A stretch of 60,492 nucleotides of DNA, filler included, from Basidioascus undulatus (lineage: Eukaryota): the NCBI GenBank assembly GCA_000826855.1. It is 7 parts of 7 records of this genome, joined end to end, with 100 filler letters (N's around TTAATTAATTAA, not from the genome) between each part and the next. Parts side by side here need not be neighbours in the genome. Positions count along the whole stretch, not along the records: positions 34,674 to 43,220 come from JTLS01001375.1; positions 43,321 to 51,865 come from JTLS01001376.1; 5 more parts are not named here. The stretch is one strand, 5' to 3'. Positions 34,674-46,893 of this stretch are shown piece after piece (position 1 is the stretch's first letter; every line of letters starts with the position of its first letter). Position numbers and translations under genes: made by a program. The notes below the pieces were generated by a model, which was not told the origin of the DNA, ran no database searches, and saw nothing but the letters and a program-made list of their open reading frames with translations.

Positions 34674-36497
34674 GAGATCCAAGAACGCAAGCCTGGATGG
34701 TGGATCTGGACTGATGGGTACATTTTCTCCCTCTCCCTCACCCTCCCTCTCCCCCACAGCACTTCACAGGCGGCCTCCCCGGTGGCCAGGCGGAGTTCGT
34801 CAAAGTGCCCTTGTACGTCCCTCACCTCTTCCCAATGTTCGAGCGTACTCGACGTCTGACTGTGTGTCTACCTCGCAAACAGCGGCGAGGTCAACCTCCT
34901 ACCCGTCCCTGACGAAGTGTCCGACGAGCGGGCGCTCTACCTCTCGGACAGTGCGCCCCTTCCCACCCTCTCCCCTCCCCCTCTCACTCCTTTGTTTTCT
35001 GGACGACAGTCATCCCGACCGCGTACCACTGCGTCGTGGACACGGGCGTCAAGGAGGGCGACACGGTGGGCGTCTGGGTTTGTCTTTCCTCTTTCCTCCC
35101 CTCCCCTCACTCTTGGACATTTCAACCGTTGAGCGTGCGTTCGTTGGTGGGGGATGCAGGGCCTCGGACCGATCGGCCAGCTCTGCGCGCGCTTCGCTAA
35201 GATGAAGGGTGCCAAGCGTGTGATCGGCATCGACAAAGTGCGTCCTTTCCGCGGGTCTCGACACCTTCTTTCCCCGCACATAGCGACGGTCCGGCCGCTG
35301 ACCTGAGCTGGATGGGTTGCGCTCGCGTACAGGTGAAGTACAGGCTCGCCTTTGCGCGGGAGAAGAATGGGATCGAGACGCTCGACATCAACGAGTTCCC
35401 GGACGTGCCTGGGAAGCTGCTCGAGTGCGTCTTGCCGTCGGATTGTCGGGTGCTGCCGAGGTCGGATGCTGACTTCACTGCGGCGTGTGCGGTTGCGCAG
35501 GATCTTCAAGGACGGGCTCGACAAGTGCCTCGATGCTACCACTTTGTTCGTCGGCCTTCTTCTTGTTCCCAATTAGATGCGGCTGACCACGAGGTTGATT
35601 ATCGACAGCCACGAGCCCAAGACGACGCTCCACAAAGTCCAGAAGGTCCGTCTCACCATTTGCTGCATCCATCCCTCTCTCGCCTGACCACTCACGAACG
35701 TTGTATCCACGAAGGCGCTGGCGCTCGAGACGGATGTCAGTGAACAAGTCAACGAGATGATTAAGGTCGCCAAGAAGATGACGGGCCGCATTGGCCTGAT
35801 CGCCGTCTAGTAAGTTACTCGCCGACTCCGTAGTTGCTTACCAGTCTCTCACGATCACTCGCCCCAAGCGCGAACTACTGCAATCAAGTTTGTGCCTTTC
35901 CTGCGTTGCTATGCGAACCTCATCTGAACAATAATCAATGCTGCAGTTCGCGATCGGCTCGCTCATGGAGAAGGTACGCCGCTCTCCATTCCTCCCGATC
36001 AGCCAGACTCACTCACAGGCACCCGTTCGTTGGTCGCACACAGGGCATCGACCTCAAAGGCAACGGCCAAGCGCCCGTCCAGAAGTACTGGGTCGAGCTC
36101 CTCGAGATGATGAAGAAGGGCGAGTTCGACCCTGCCTTTGTGCGTGCTCTGCCCCATCCTCCTACCTCCTCGTCCACTATCCTAACCACCTCACCCGCCT
36201 GCGTAGGTCGTCACGCATCGGCACGTCTGATCTTCGTGCCATACTCCCTGCCGGTCTGACGCTGCTGCCTCCATCCGCAGTATCCCGATCGAGGACATCC
36301 CGAAATTCTTCGAGGCGTTCGACAAGCGGAACGTCCCCGGGCTGGAGAAGGTGCGCTGGCAGAGAACATCCTCTTCCTGCTTGCTTTTTCTCACTCACCG
36401 ATCGATCCCGTAGGTCTTCGTCGAGACGGCAGCGAGCTCTCCGCCCGCCCCGGGTCTTCCGAAGACGTCACGCGTTGACGAGTGGCCACGTATTTGA
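34674..36497 (+). CDS. Zinc-dependent MDR alcohol dehydrogenase (formaldehyde dehydrogenase-like), 5' truncated
   Basis: HFTGGLPGGQAEFVKVP, ALYLSDVIPTAYH, GDTVGVWGLGPIG, ALETDVSEQVNE, GNGQAPVQKYW; TGA at 36495-36497. Confidence 0.9.
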
Positions 36498-37006
36498 GGG
36501 GGAGAAGCTATGGGGCGGGGTCCCGATAACGAAAGGAATGCAGTGAAAGGGCTGCTCGAGGGGTTCGCTGTCGAATATGTCCATCGATGTCTTTAATGTG
36601 TGCTTGTTTGCCGTGCGCTTTCTTGGGTGTACTTGACCCACATATCTCTTAAGAAAGGTCGGTTCCAAAAGAACAATTGTCGAGAACAGTACCAATTCCC
36701 GGCCTCGTGCGACGACGATCATGCAGCCTGAACCAGGGCAACATATTCAGACGTACGGATACGAATCCCCACAGAGTCACGTCACCCGGTTGTGAGTCTT
36801 GCCTATCCAATTGAACGTTGGACCATGGGACCCTCAAGTACAGTCGCCCCTACTTGGCGGATGCCGGGTCGCGGGCATGGTGATCTCAGCAAAGTCCTTC
36901 AACCACACACGGCTTACACCCGCGCAAGCTTTCACAAATCAAGCCGATGAGAGTATTTTTAGACAAGAGGCGTTCTTGGAAAATTTCCAAATGCAACACT
37001 ACAGAA

Positions 37007-38249
37007 TCACCATCGCAATCCCCTTTTCCGCCAACGTCCTCTCGACCGAATCCACCACCCGCTGTGGAACGGCCCCTGGTTCACCGCTTGATCCACACAG
37101 TCCAGCTCGAGCACCTCTAGCGGTTTCCTCAAGCTCCCGCGAAACGTGCCCAACACCCCCGGCTGCGGGTACTCATGGACGATCGCCGGATACGGCACGC
37201 GCACGCGGCGAAGCGCCGGATGGTGCGAAGGAATAGGAACGAGCGACCAGAGGCGGACGTGCGTGACAGTGGGGAGGAGCGCAAGCGTGGACTGAAGCAA
37301 GGGAGAGGTGACGTTCTGGATGTCGAGGCTGAGGTGGGTAAGGCAAGGGAGCAGGAGCTCGATGGTTGAGAACAGGTTCGTGAGGTTCGGTAAAGAGAGC
37401 TTAAGCGTGCCCGGGGAAGGCGAGGGTGATGGGTGCGGCACAGCGCACAGCTCCAGTCCGAGAGATCGAAGGGAAGGGAGTAACTTGACGGTGATCGTCG
37501 CTGGGCCAGGCTGCGCCGGATTGGGCCCTCCTGCCATCGCGCCTTGGAGCAGAGCTCTATGGAATGCCGCCAAATCCTTAGACTCGTCCGTGTCGAAGAG
37601 CGGGACCAAGCTGAGCTCGAGCGTGTCCATCTTGAGACGCTGGAAATCGTCAACTACCTCGTGAAGCGGCGCGCGAACTGAAAGGGTGCAGGCAGCCGCA
37701 GACAAGGCGTGAAGAGGCGAAGCGGTGAGAGGAATCCCGACGACTGAAGAGAGGTAAGGAAGGCGCGAAAAGAACGCTCCAGAAGGAGAGGATAGTGGGA
37801 GGTAGGTGCCGCCTGCGGGGCCATCAGGGGGATGCAGGCAACCAGGGTCCGCGTATGAGCGGATAGAACATCGAGGAGAGGCAAGGAGTGGATTTTGGAA
37901 GTGAGCTCGATAGGTTGTGCGGAGTCGTCTGCGAGGTTGCAGAAGAAGGTGAGCGAGGCGAGCGAAGTACGAGCAGCTCGCCGAAGACGACTGGACGGCT
38001 CAAGACCTACGGGATCCTCCGCATTCAGTACATCGCGCCAGACTCCATGTATGGAAAAGGACGTACCTCCCACTGCTTGCAAATCATCCTCAGGAGTGCT
38101 TTGGAAGCGTTGATCGCCAACAACTCGAAGCGCGCTATGTGCGGATAGAGCGCGAACGCGTCTGCGGCTGGAACAAGCGAAGGGGCGCCGACAACGAGTG
38201 CGAAGATCTGTGACCAAATCTCCGGTGGAAAAGCGAGAAGGGGGGCCAT
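37007..38249 (-). CDS. F-box-like / LRR-like hypothetical protein
   Basis: N-terminal LLAFPPEIWSQIF and C-terminal LPSLRSLGL, LPNLTNL, LPCLTHLSL repeats; internal splicing uncertain. Confidence 0.55.
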
Positions 38250-38622
38250 GCTGATATGGGGGCTTGTCGGAGGAGGGGAATAGGAAAGGTGGTATGGAGG
38301 GAAGGCAAGTCATTCCGCGGACGAGTTCGCAACCGCGTGGAGATCCCGCCGGCTGCTGCATCGTCAGGCATATTTCTTCCAAACAATGCGGGACCCATTT
38401 GCAACATAATGATGCTTGAATTATCTTTCAGGCTTTCTTGTAGTGCAGGTAAGAAAAGTGCAACAAGATTCTATCGACTTCTGCAGAGTGGACTGCAGCC
38501 GCTGCCGGCCTTCCCGCCGGAAGTGCCTCGGCGGGAAGCTGATGCCCCGCTCCTTGCCCCGAACCTCCATCTCCCGCCGGTTTCTCGCTCGTCTCTATCA
38601 ATCTCACTGATCACTTCGAGTT

Positions 38623-41006
38623 ATGAAGCGAACTCACCCCTCATCGTCTTCAATCGCTTCCGATGTCGATCGAACGCGCATGCCGCCAGGCGCGAAGCGA
38701 CCTCGCGCGCAGATCGCGTGCGCGGCGTGCAAGCGCCAGAAGCAGCGCTGCGAGATCGATGCACAGGGCTCTGGGTGTCACCGCTGCAATGTTCTGAGTA
38801 TATCATGCTCGCTGAGCGGCGAAGCTTCCGCCGCCGCCGCACCCTCGAAAGAAGCCGCCGTGCCTGTTGACCGGTGCGCGCGGCCTTCGTCTTCGACTCA
38901 GGCCTTCATTTCGCTGACGAATACCTTGCCCCAACTGCAGAGCGTCACCGCGATCTCCACCTCCGCCCAAGGCTCCTGCTCCGAGACCGCCGCCGCGTCA
39001 GCCTCCGACCACGGTCGAGCAGCGGCTCGCTCGGATAGAGCGCATCCTCAACGCGCACAACCTCGACCTTCCGGCGTCGTCCGCGGAGACAGCACGCAAT
39101 CAGGGCGAAACGTCCGCTTACCCATACCCCCCTCGACCTTATTCCACATCTGCCCAACCGAATGTGCGCGCCCCGTCGGCCGCCCCGGAGGAGGCCATGC
39201 TTCGTTGGCAAGCCCCGCCCGCTTTCGCGCGGGACGTCGTCGGCAATGCCCCGGGCGCCAATTTGCCAGATGCTGTTTCTGCGGGTATCGTCACGTCCGA
39301 AGATTCTCTACACGCGACCAATATGTGAGCACATCAGCGTGGTCCTTTGCTCGAACCCCAGCTGACGATGCCGAACACAGCTTCGCGGACACGTATCTTC
39401 GCCTCCTGTACTGCTTTCCTCCCGACCTTCCTCTCACCACCAACCCTTTCCTCCACACCGCCATCCTCGCCTGCATCTCCATGTCCTCTCACTCGTCGCC
39501 GCTAAGCGCACCGGCGACGTGCGATCGCCTCTTCGCGCTCCTCAACCAGCATCTCCTCGCGAATCTCACCCAGACTTCTCCGACCATCACCAACATCACA
39601 GCGTTCATGACGATTGCGCTGTTCGTCGTCGCGCCTCCAGGCAATCAGCGTCGCGTCGAGAGAGCCTCGGACCCCTACCCGCTCTTGAAAGCGGCGGCTG
39701 CTATGGCCAGCTCGCTCGGGCTCGACCGCGCAGGGCGGAAAGTCGTCCGGCTCCGAGCACATGGCGACCACGGCGAGTGTCTCCAGCGCGAACTGTCGAA
39801 CGCGCGAATCGTACGTCAGCTATTAATCTGGCTTTGATATTCCGCTAATCGCGTGTTACGCAGTGGTATACCATCGCGCACTGGCAAGCGTTGTACGCAG
39901 TCCCCTGCTGTCGGAGTCCTCCCAGCGGTTCCATCTGAAACGTATGATCTTCACGCAGTATCTCAATGCACTACTACCCCGCTGCATCGCCCGAATATTC
40001 ACCCATCCCATCAGCGTCAAGCGTCTTCGGCCCGTCACTTCCCGCTCTGCCAGACGGCATTGCCGAGCGTGAGCCCTCAAACTTCGGACCCTCTGACGTA
40101 TCTAGCTGATGTATCGTTGTCTAGGTACTCTGCTGTTCGAGGTCGACGTATGGAACGCACGAAATCCATTCCTTCTCGCCGTCGAAGATTTGCAGGAGAG
40201 CCTGGAACTCGGAGACCGTCTCGAGCTCGCGATCCGTCGCTTGCGCGACGTGGAGGCGCATCTCGCGCGCTGGTCAGTTGAGGTGAACGCTCTCAAGGGT
40301 GAGTATGGAGTTCCCATTTGCTCGTTCGAGGGTGAAGTTGAACTTCCACTACCCTGTATCAGCGACTCTATCCGACGGCCGCTCCCGCCTCGTACTCGAC
40401 ATGACTCAGCTGTACGGCACGATCAGCCTCACGTCCAACTGCCACCGACTTTCCTCCGCAATCCGACTCCTCCCATCGCCCCTCCACCTGTCCGTCCGCG
40501 AGAAGCCCTACTGGGAGCTGACGACGATGCTCCTGCGCGCCTCGCACGACACGCTCAAAGTCGCTCTCGCAACCGACATCGCGCACGCGCCGCACTTCGT
40601 CTACACCACGCTTGCGCTCAATTGCCTCCAGGTCGCGTACGTCCGCATGCTCTTCCGCAAGCAGTCGGCCAGACTGCCGATCGACGATCCGGCGCCGGAC
40701 GTCGAGCGCGTGCTCGCCAAGCTGCGCGACTTTGGGCACTGGGCCGCGACGTGCGAGGGGAAGGCCAGGGCTTCCATGAGCTCGTGGGCGGCAGTTGACG
40801 GCAACAGCTCGCCGCCGCGCACGCTGCCTCCCATCCGGACGGAGCTGCTTCCGTCCGACAGCAATGGGCTGCCTCTACCGTCCCCGTCGCCTGACCTGTT
40901 CGAACTCAGCGGAGACTGGCTCGACGCGGCGGCGGCGCTTGATCCGGTGTTTTGGTTGCCGGTGTTTGGGGAAGATTTGAGCAGCCTGTCTGGGCTTACT
41001 TTCTGA
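38623..41006 (+). CDS. Zn(II)2Cys6 fungal transcription factor
   Basis: ACAACKRQKQRCEIDAQGSGCHRCNVLSISC binuclear cluster, helical middle region and acidic C-terminus. Start at 38623 or 38680. Confidence 0.85.
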
Positions 41007-41187
41007 TACATATTGCCAGGTCTTGCGTCGTCTCTCGGGGGCAACGGTGTGTTTACGTGATGTTGCGACCGCGCTGTGAGACTGCTGTGAGAGCTCGAGG
41101 ACCCCTCAGGGATTGTTGCAAAAGCTTTGTGGGACAACAGCTCCTGCGCGGAGTGTGCCGTCAGCAGGGAATCGCAACAAAAAACCT

Positions 41188-41265
41188 TGCTTGACCCGTG
41201 AATCGAACACGGGGCGGGTCGACATCAAATGGCAACGACCCAGGTTACCACTACCCCAGCCAAGC
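41188..41265 (-). tRNA. tRNA-Gly(GCC) with 7-nt intron
   Basis: Mature sequence identical to 28408-28486; intron TTTGATG; downstream T6. Confidence 0.9.
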
Positions 41266-43146
41266 GATGGATTTGTTGTTATGTGTATATTAAAGGAGCG
41301 AAGGACACTATCAGCCGAACTCATTCCAGTCACTGCACCTCTGCCGGTGTTCAAATGGAACCATGGAATGTGTTGGTAAGCAGAGGCCCTACACACAGCG
41401 TCTTCGGTAGTGAAACACCGCAAGACAACGCTTGATAGAGCCGCTTCGTGTGAGGTGCTGTATAGACGCTCAATTTGACGTAAATGTCAATTCTTCTGAA
41501 ATGTTTCCGCCCTGCTGGTGAGGTGCCCGAGGAGCTCGTTGGATCATTGGATGCGCCGGGCAGCGACAAGGGAAATTCATCGCTGCACTTGGGTGTTTCG
41601 ACGACCAAGGCTCCTTCGACTAGGAAAAAAGTTATGGAGGATGGGACCCTCTAGCAACTCTACCGTCGAGTGCGTTCGCGCAAGTGCGTCAACAGCCAAC
41701 GCAACGCGGGGGGCCGCACCCAATCCCGAGGCCAAGGCGCAGAGTCCGAAGACTCGACTCGCTTGCCCCCCTGAGACCTCCGGGTGCCCATCAGACACCG
41801 CTGTCGGAAGCAACCGCTAACTCAGGCATGCGCTCAGTGCAGGTTGCCTCTTCAAATCTCGGGCACGAGAAACGAAGTCCGGAATTTAGAGGGCACGACC
41901 GCTCGTCCATCCGCACGGACAGAGCGAAGGGGAGAGGATTCGCTTATATGTCTGCTCGCTCATGAGTTGGTCTTTTTGCAGTGTAACTTTGACCCGTTTC
42001 AAATCCCATTCTTTTCTGTTTTCACAAACTGATCTTACCGGCAGGCACCCCTTTCCGAGGTTGGCGACATCGCACATTACTTTCCTGCTCGCACCGCCAT
42101 TGCAGCCCAGCATCGCGAGCCGCGGCTGATCCTTTCATACGGTTGGTATCACATGATCAATCTATTCATTCAACTGTCAGACATTACTAATATGACAAAT
42201 ACGTAACTTATGGGTACTTAATACTGATAACACTCAGTCAGCGCTGGTAGCCGACCGACGGGGAGAGTCATTGGGTCCACTGGCCATGCAGTTCTCCCCA
42301 GGTGCATTGGCACCCTTCCACCAGCTATTGAGAATCATCAAAAGATTCATATGACGAGAAAGACAGTTAAGTTACACTGTGCTCCAGGTTCATCTGTATC
42401 TTGGAACCATGAAGAGTAGCAGACAGTATCCCAGAATGCCGTGGTCCTGCTTAATGTCAAGGTTCGTCTCACACCTTGCAACAGATGGTTGTTGAAGTTT
42501 ACCCCATCTTATTTGATTTGAAAGGAAAGCAGTCCCTCTTCTACACCATGTGGAAAGCATGGTCAAATAGTCTGAGTTCACTGTCACTGGTATTCCCACT
42601 GACGCTATCAGCATTATTTGTCTCGGGAACGAAATTCGGACTGTTGAAGTAAAAGTTTGGACCTATTTTATCCCCACATCATCATAGGAGCCAGTAATGC
42701 GCCCAAATGTTGCACTTCTTTTCACAGTCTTGTTATTCGCCACTCGGTGAAACGCCACGTCCATCACAACCACCGCTGCTTGCGCTCTGAGGCAGAACCT
42801 GATCTGACAGTGCGTGGAGTGCGCAAGGTCCTGACTCCAGGTTTTCAACAAGGGAGTCCAGCAGAGAGGAGACAACACGGACGCAGCTCAGCTGGGAAGC
42901 ACCATACTTGTCCGCACTATTTGCAAACTTTGTCATAGGCATACCGCAGATGAACAAGCTTTCATGCAGCATTTGTTCATTTACATCTCTGTAATACCAC
43001 TTTACTGATAGAAGAAGCATAAGAAAGAGGTTAAGTCAAGCTTACCCTACGTAGGGGCTTCTTGTAGTGCGGCTCTGGCCCGTGTGCGCTCCGCTGCCAG
43101 CCTTTCACGTGTTTCAAATAGCCTTGTGGTAAGCATAAAAAAGCTG

Positions 43147-43220
43147 TGACGAGAGTGGGATTCGAACCCACGCCCTTTCGGACCAGATCCTTAGTCTGGC
43201 GCCTTAGACCGCTCGGCCAT
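43147..43220 (-). tRNA. tRNA-Leu(AAG), first ~6 nt cut by the contig end
   Basis: TGGCCGAGCGGTCTAAGGC D-arm, CCAGA-CT-AAG-GA-TCTGG anticodon arm, long variable arm, GGTTCGAATCC, downstream T6. Confidence 0.9.
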
Positions 43221-43320
43221 NNNNNNNNNNNNNNNNNNNNNNNNNNNNNNNNNNNNNNNNNNNNTTAATTAATTAANNNNNNNNNNNNNNNNNNNNNNNN
43301 NNNNNNNNNNNNNNNNNNNN
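43221..43320. other. Artificial contig linker
   Basis: N44-TTAATTAATTAA-N44. Confidence 0.97.
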
Positions 43321-46033
43321 CTCCTCCTCCCCCCGCCCTCCAGCCCGTGCCGACGACGACGCTCTCAGCGCTCTTCAACCCCCTCCCGGCATCGCCGTCC
43401 TTCAAGCCAGGCGGGGCGTCCGCCGCCGAGCGCGCGCGATCATCGCTCCGCGCGCGGAGCACAACCTCGCGGCAGCACAGCTCCGCAGCGCGCGGGCGCT
43501 TCTCCGCGCGCGAGGAGGACCTCGACGCGCTCCAGTCCACGTCTGCCGCGGGCGAGGCCGAGGAGCTTGGGAAGATCAAGGTTGTCGAGTTCGACTTTGG
43601 CAGCGGGCCGAAGAAGGACGAGGAGCCGGAGGTGAACCCTTTCAAGCTGCCCACGCCCGAGGCAGAGGAGAAGGAGGAGGAGAAGAAGGAGGCGCCCAAA
43701 CCCGCGTTCAGCTTCGGTGCGGCCCCCGCATCGGCTCCTGCCCCCGCCCCAGCGGCCAAGCTCGCCCCCTTCGCATTCTCCAAGCCCTCCGCACCCGCGC
43801 CCGTCCCCGCTTCGACAGAGGGCGCCAAGCCCCCCAACTTCTTCGCATCCTCCCCCGCCCTCGCCGCGCCTAAGCCGCCCGCGCTCCCCGCGCCCGGCGC
43901 GGGCCTGCCGTTCACTTTCGGCGGAGGCGCGGAGAAGAAGGATGAGGAGAAGAAGAAGGAGGAGGAGAAGAAGAAGGAGGAGGAGGAGGCGGCTAAGAGG
44001 CCGAATCCTTTCGCGGCGGCTGGGACGGTGAGTCGTTCGTTCGCTGGGCGGTTTGGGTGGATCATGAACTGATTTGTGGGTGGTGAGAAGGAGGAGAAGA
44101 AGGACGAAAAGAAGGACGAGGCGATGCCTAATCCGTTCGCAGCTTTGGGGGTGCCGGTGAGTAGCTCGCTAGGCGGTGGCGTGAGGATATGAACTGATGT
44201 TAGGGTGAAAGGCAATCTCTACCCCCACTCCGGCACCGGCCCCTGCGCAGGAGAAGAAGGAGGAGGAGAAGGAGGAGGAGGAGAAGGAGGAGGAGGAGAA
44301 GAAGAAGGCGGACGAGCGCCCAAGTCCGTTCGCGGCCTTTGGTGGTGGCGTGAGTGTTAACACGGTCCGCCACGCCATGGACACTGTTTGCTGACCTTGC
44401 GCTTGTTCATCGCTAGGCTGTCACCTCCGCTTCTACTTCTGCTACCCGTGCTCCTGCTGCTGCTCCCGCCCCGTCCCCCTTTTCCTTCGGCAAGCCCGCC
44501 GCAGATTCCACCCCCGCCCCCACGCCTTCCACCAGCGCACCAGCAGCAACCGGCGGCTTCGCCTTCTCCGCCTCCGCTTCCAGCTCTGCCGCGTCCTCGG
44601 CCGCACCCGCGCCCGCCGCCGTGCCGGCATTCGGCTTCTCCTTCGGCAAGCCGGCGGCCTCACCCGCCCCCGCCCCCGCTGCGGAGAAGAAGGAGGAGGA
44701 GGAGAAGAAGCCCGCGTTCTCGTTCGGTGCACCCGCCGCAGCGTCGCCCTTCGCCTTCGTCAGCGGCTCTACCAGCTCTCCCTTCGGTGCGAAGCCCGCT
44801 GCTGCGGAGCCTGAGAAGCCCAAGGAGGCTACCCCCGCTTCCACGGGGTTCACCTTCGGCGCCCCCGCGACTTCCACGTCCACCCCCGCTGCCGCGCCCT
44901 CCGCGTTTTCGTTCTCCACTCCCACACCCGCACCGGCGACGAACGGCACCCCGGCCGCTGCACCCGCGTCCAACCCCTTCGCTGCGTTTGGTGCTGGAGG
45001 CGGCGGGGCGTCCGTGACGGAGATCAAGGATTCCTCTGATGCAGGGAACATCATGGAGGAGAGCCCGAAGCGGCCGACGGAGACGCCTGCGCCGGCGTTT
45101 GGCCGGTTTGGGACCCGTGAGTGTACTCTGTCTTTTCGAATTACAACGTATGCTGAGATGATGGGTCGGCCATCACAATGCAGCCACAGGGACTCCCTCC
45201 GCTTCCCCCTTCACCTTCGGTGCCCCGTCCAGCAGCACCGCCGCCCCCACGCCCTCCACCGCCGCGCCGACGTCGACGCCCTTCACCTTCGGCGCCACGC
45301 CGTCCACGTCGACCCCGAAAGCCGACGCGCCCGCGAATCCCTTCGGCGCGCCCGCGCCCGCCGCGCCCTTCGGCGCCAGCGGCAACGGCAGCGGCAGCGC
45401 CTTTGCGTTCGGCCAGCCCCAGTCCCAGCCGAGCGGGACCGCCTCGCCCTTCGCGTTCGGCTCGGGCAGCACCACGCTTGCTGCCGCACCGCCTGCCTCC
45501 AACACCGGGTTCTCGTTCGGCGCGGGAGGAGGAGGCTTCGGATCGGGAGCGTCCACCTCCGGCGGAGGAGCGTTCACTTTCGGCCAGCCCGCAGCGGCGA
45601 ACCCTCCCGCGCCTAATCCGTTTGGCGCTGCGCCCTCTGCCGCGCCTACGAATGGGGCGTCGACGGGTGCCTTCACCTTCGGAGCGGTACGTTTGTCGTT
45701 GCGGACTTCTCCGGCTCGTCGTTCGCACACTGACGGTTTCTTGCCTTCCCTTTCTCCCACCAACAGCCCTCCGGAGCAGGCGCTACCCCAGCGTTCGGGG
45801 CCAGCGCGCCTCCAGCGGCCGCCTCCAGCACGCCGTTCCAGTTCGGCACGCCCACGGCGGCCACTCCTGCCCCGGCCTTCGGCGCAGGCGCCACGCCCGG
45901 GCCCGCCTCGCCCTTCGGCAGCCCGCAGCCCGCCTCCCCCGCGGGCTCGTTCTCGTTCAACATCGGCGCGGGCGCCCCCGCACCCAGCTCGCCGGGCGGG
46001 AGGAAGATCCGCCCGCTCAGACGCCCGCGCTAG
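43321..46033 (+). CDS. FG-repeat nucleoporin, Nup1/Nup124/Nup153-like, 5' truncated
   Basis: Dense FSFG/FTFG/NPFG repeats with K/E spacers and a basic terminus GGRKIRPLRRPR*, like the RKI tail of Nup1/Nup153. Confidence 0.85.
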
Positions 46034-46893
46034 GTGCGCCTAGGGAGTGAAGGGAAGGAGGAGATGTGGTGGGCTGGCGAATCTGTTGAAGTTGTACTGT
46101 TCCCATTTCTTTTTCTTTCTTCCGTGTTAGTTCAAGTTTGATACAAGGTAGTGCATCGCTGCGTTTTGGTTCTCTAAAGCATAATCTCATTGCCAACGTA
46201 TATTTTGGAGCTCGTTTTGCGCGGCGTTGGGGGGCAGGCACGAGTCCTCGTTTCGTCTGTGTGGGTCGTGCTCGGGGGAGTGCCGGCTATCCACTAGCCA
46301 TGGGAATGCACGCAAATAGCGAACTGATCCCACCCCTGGTAACACTGGAAGTCGTCAAGGCTGAGTTAGATGGGCGCTCAATGCGAGTGTCCCCTCACGG
46401 ACACCACTGTCGTGTTCCGATTACAGTGTGCCTACTCAAGGAACCTTTCTCTGCAGCTGTTGGTACCCGAATGGGTAGAATACGGACCGATAAAAGGATC
46501 GCAAGGGATCGTGCGTTGTTGTAGCTGGCAGGACGCCACCGCGTCGCAATGCGGCAGGATACCGTCAGCGCCATATTGTGAAGACTGTGCATCAGAGACA
46601 TGTAAATCAGCACAAGTGTATTGGCTAACCGAAGGGCAATAGATGTGATATATTCGCTTGGGAGGGAAGGAGTGGTAAAACATCCAATCTGGGACGCTGT
46701 CAGTGCATGCCTCCGCCAACAGATGTGAAGAGGCCGCAACGGACCGCTCCATACGCAGGTCCTCTCCGGCGGCTTGAGATTCCAAAAGGGACTGGCAGAC
46801 CCGGGCCGTGATTGCCTGGTGCTGCGATTAGCCGGAGGGCTGCCTAGCCAGCGTCCACGTTGCTTCTTGTCCTTCTCCCTCATCCTCATCATC

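Noticed and set aside
28408..41265. Dispersed ~78-bp repeat as a SINE or MITE
   Set aside because: Similarity is confined to a complete tRNA-Gly cloverleaf; there is no tail, TSD or TIR.
43265..46050. Long antisense and alternate-frame ORFs over the nucleoporin (and similar ones across the window)
   Set aside because: Shadow ORFs caused by high GC and low-complexity coding sequence.
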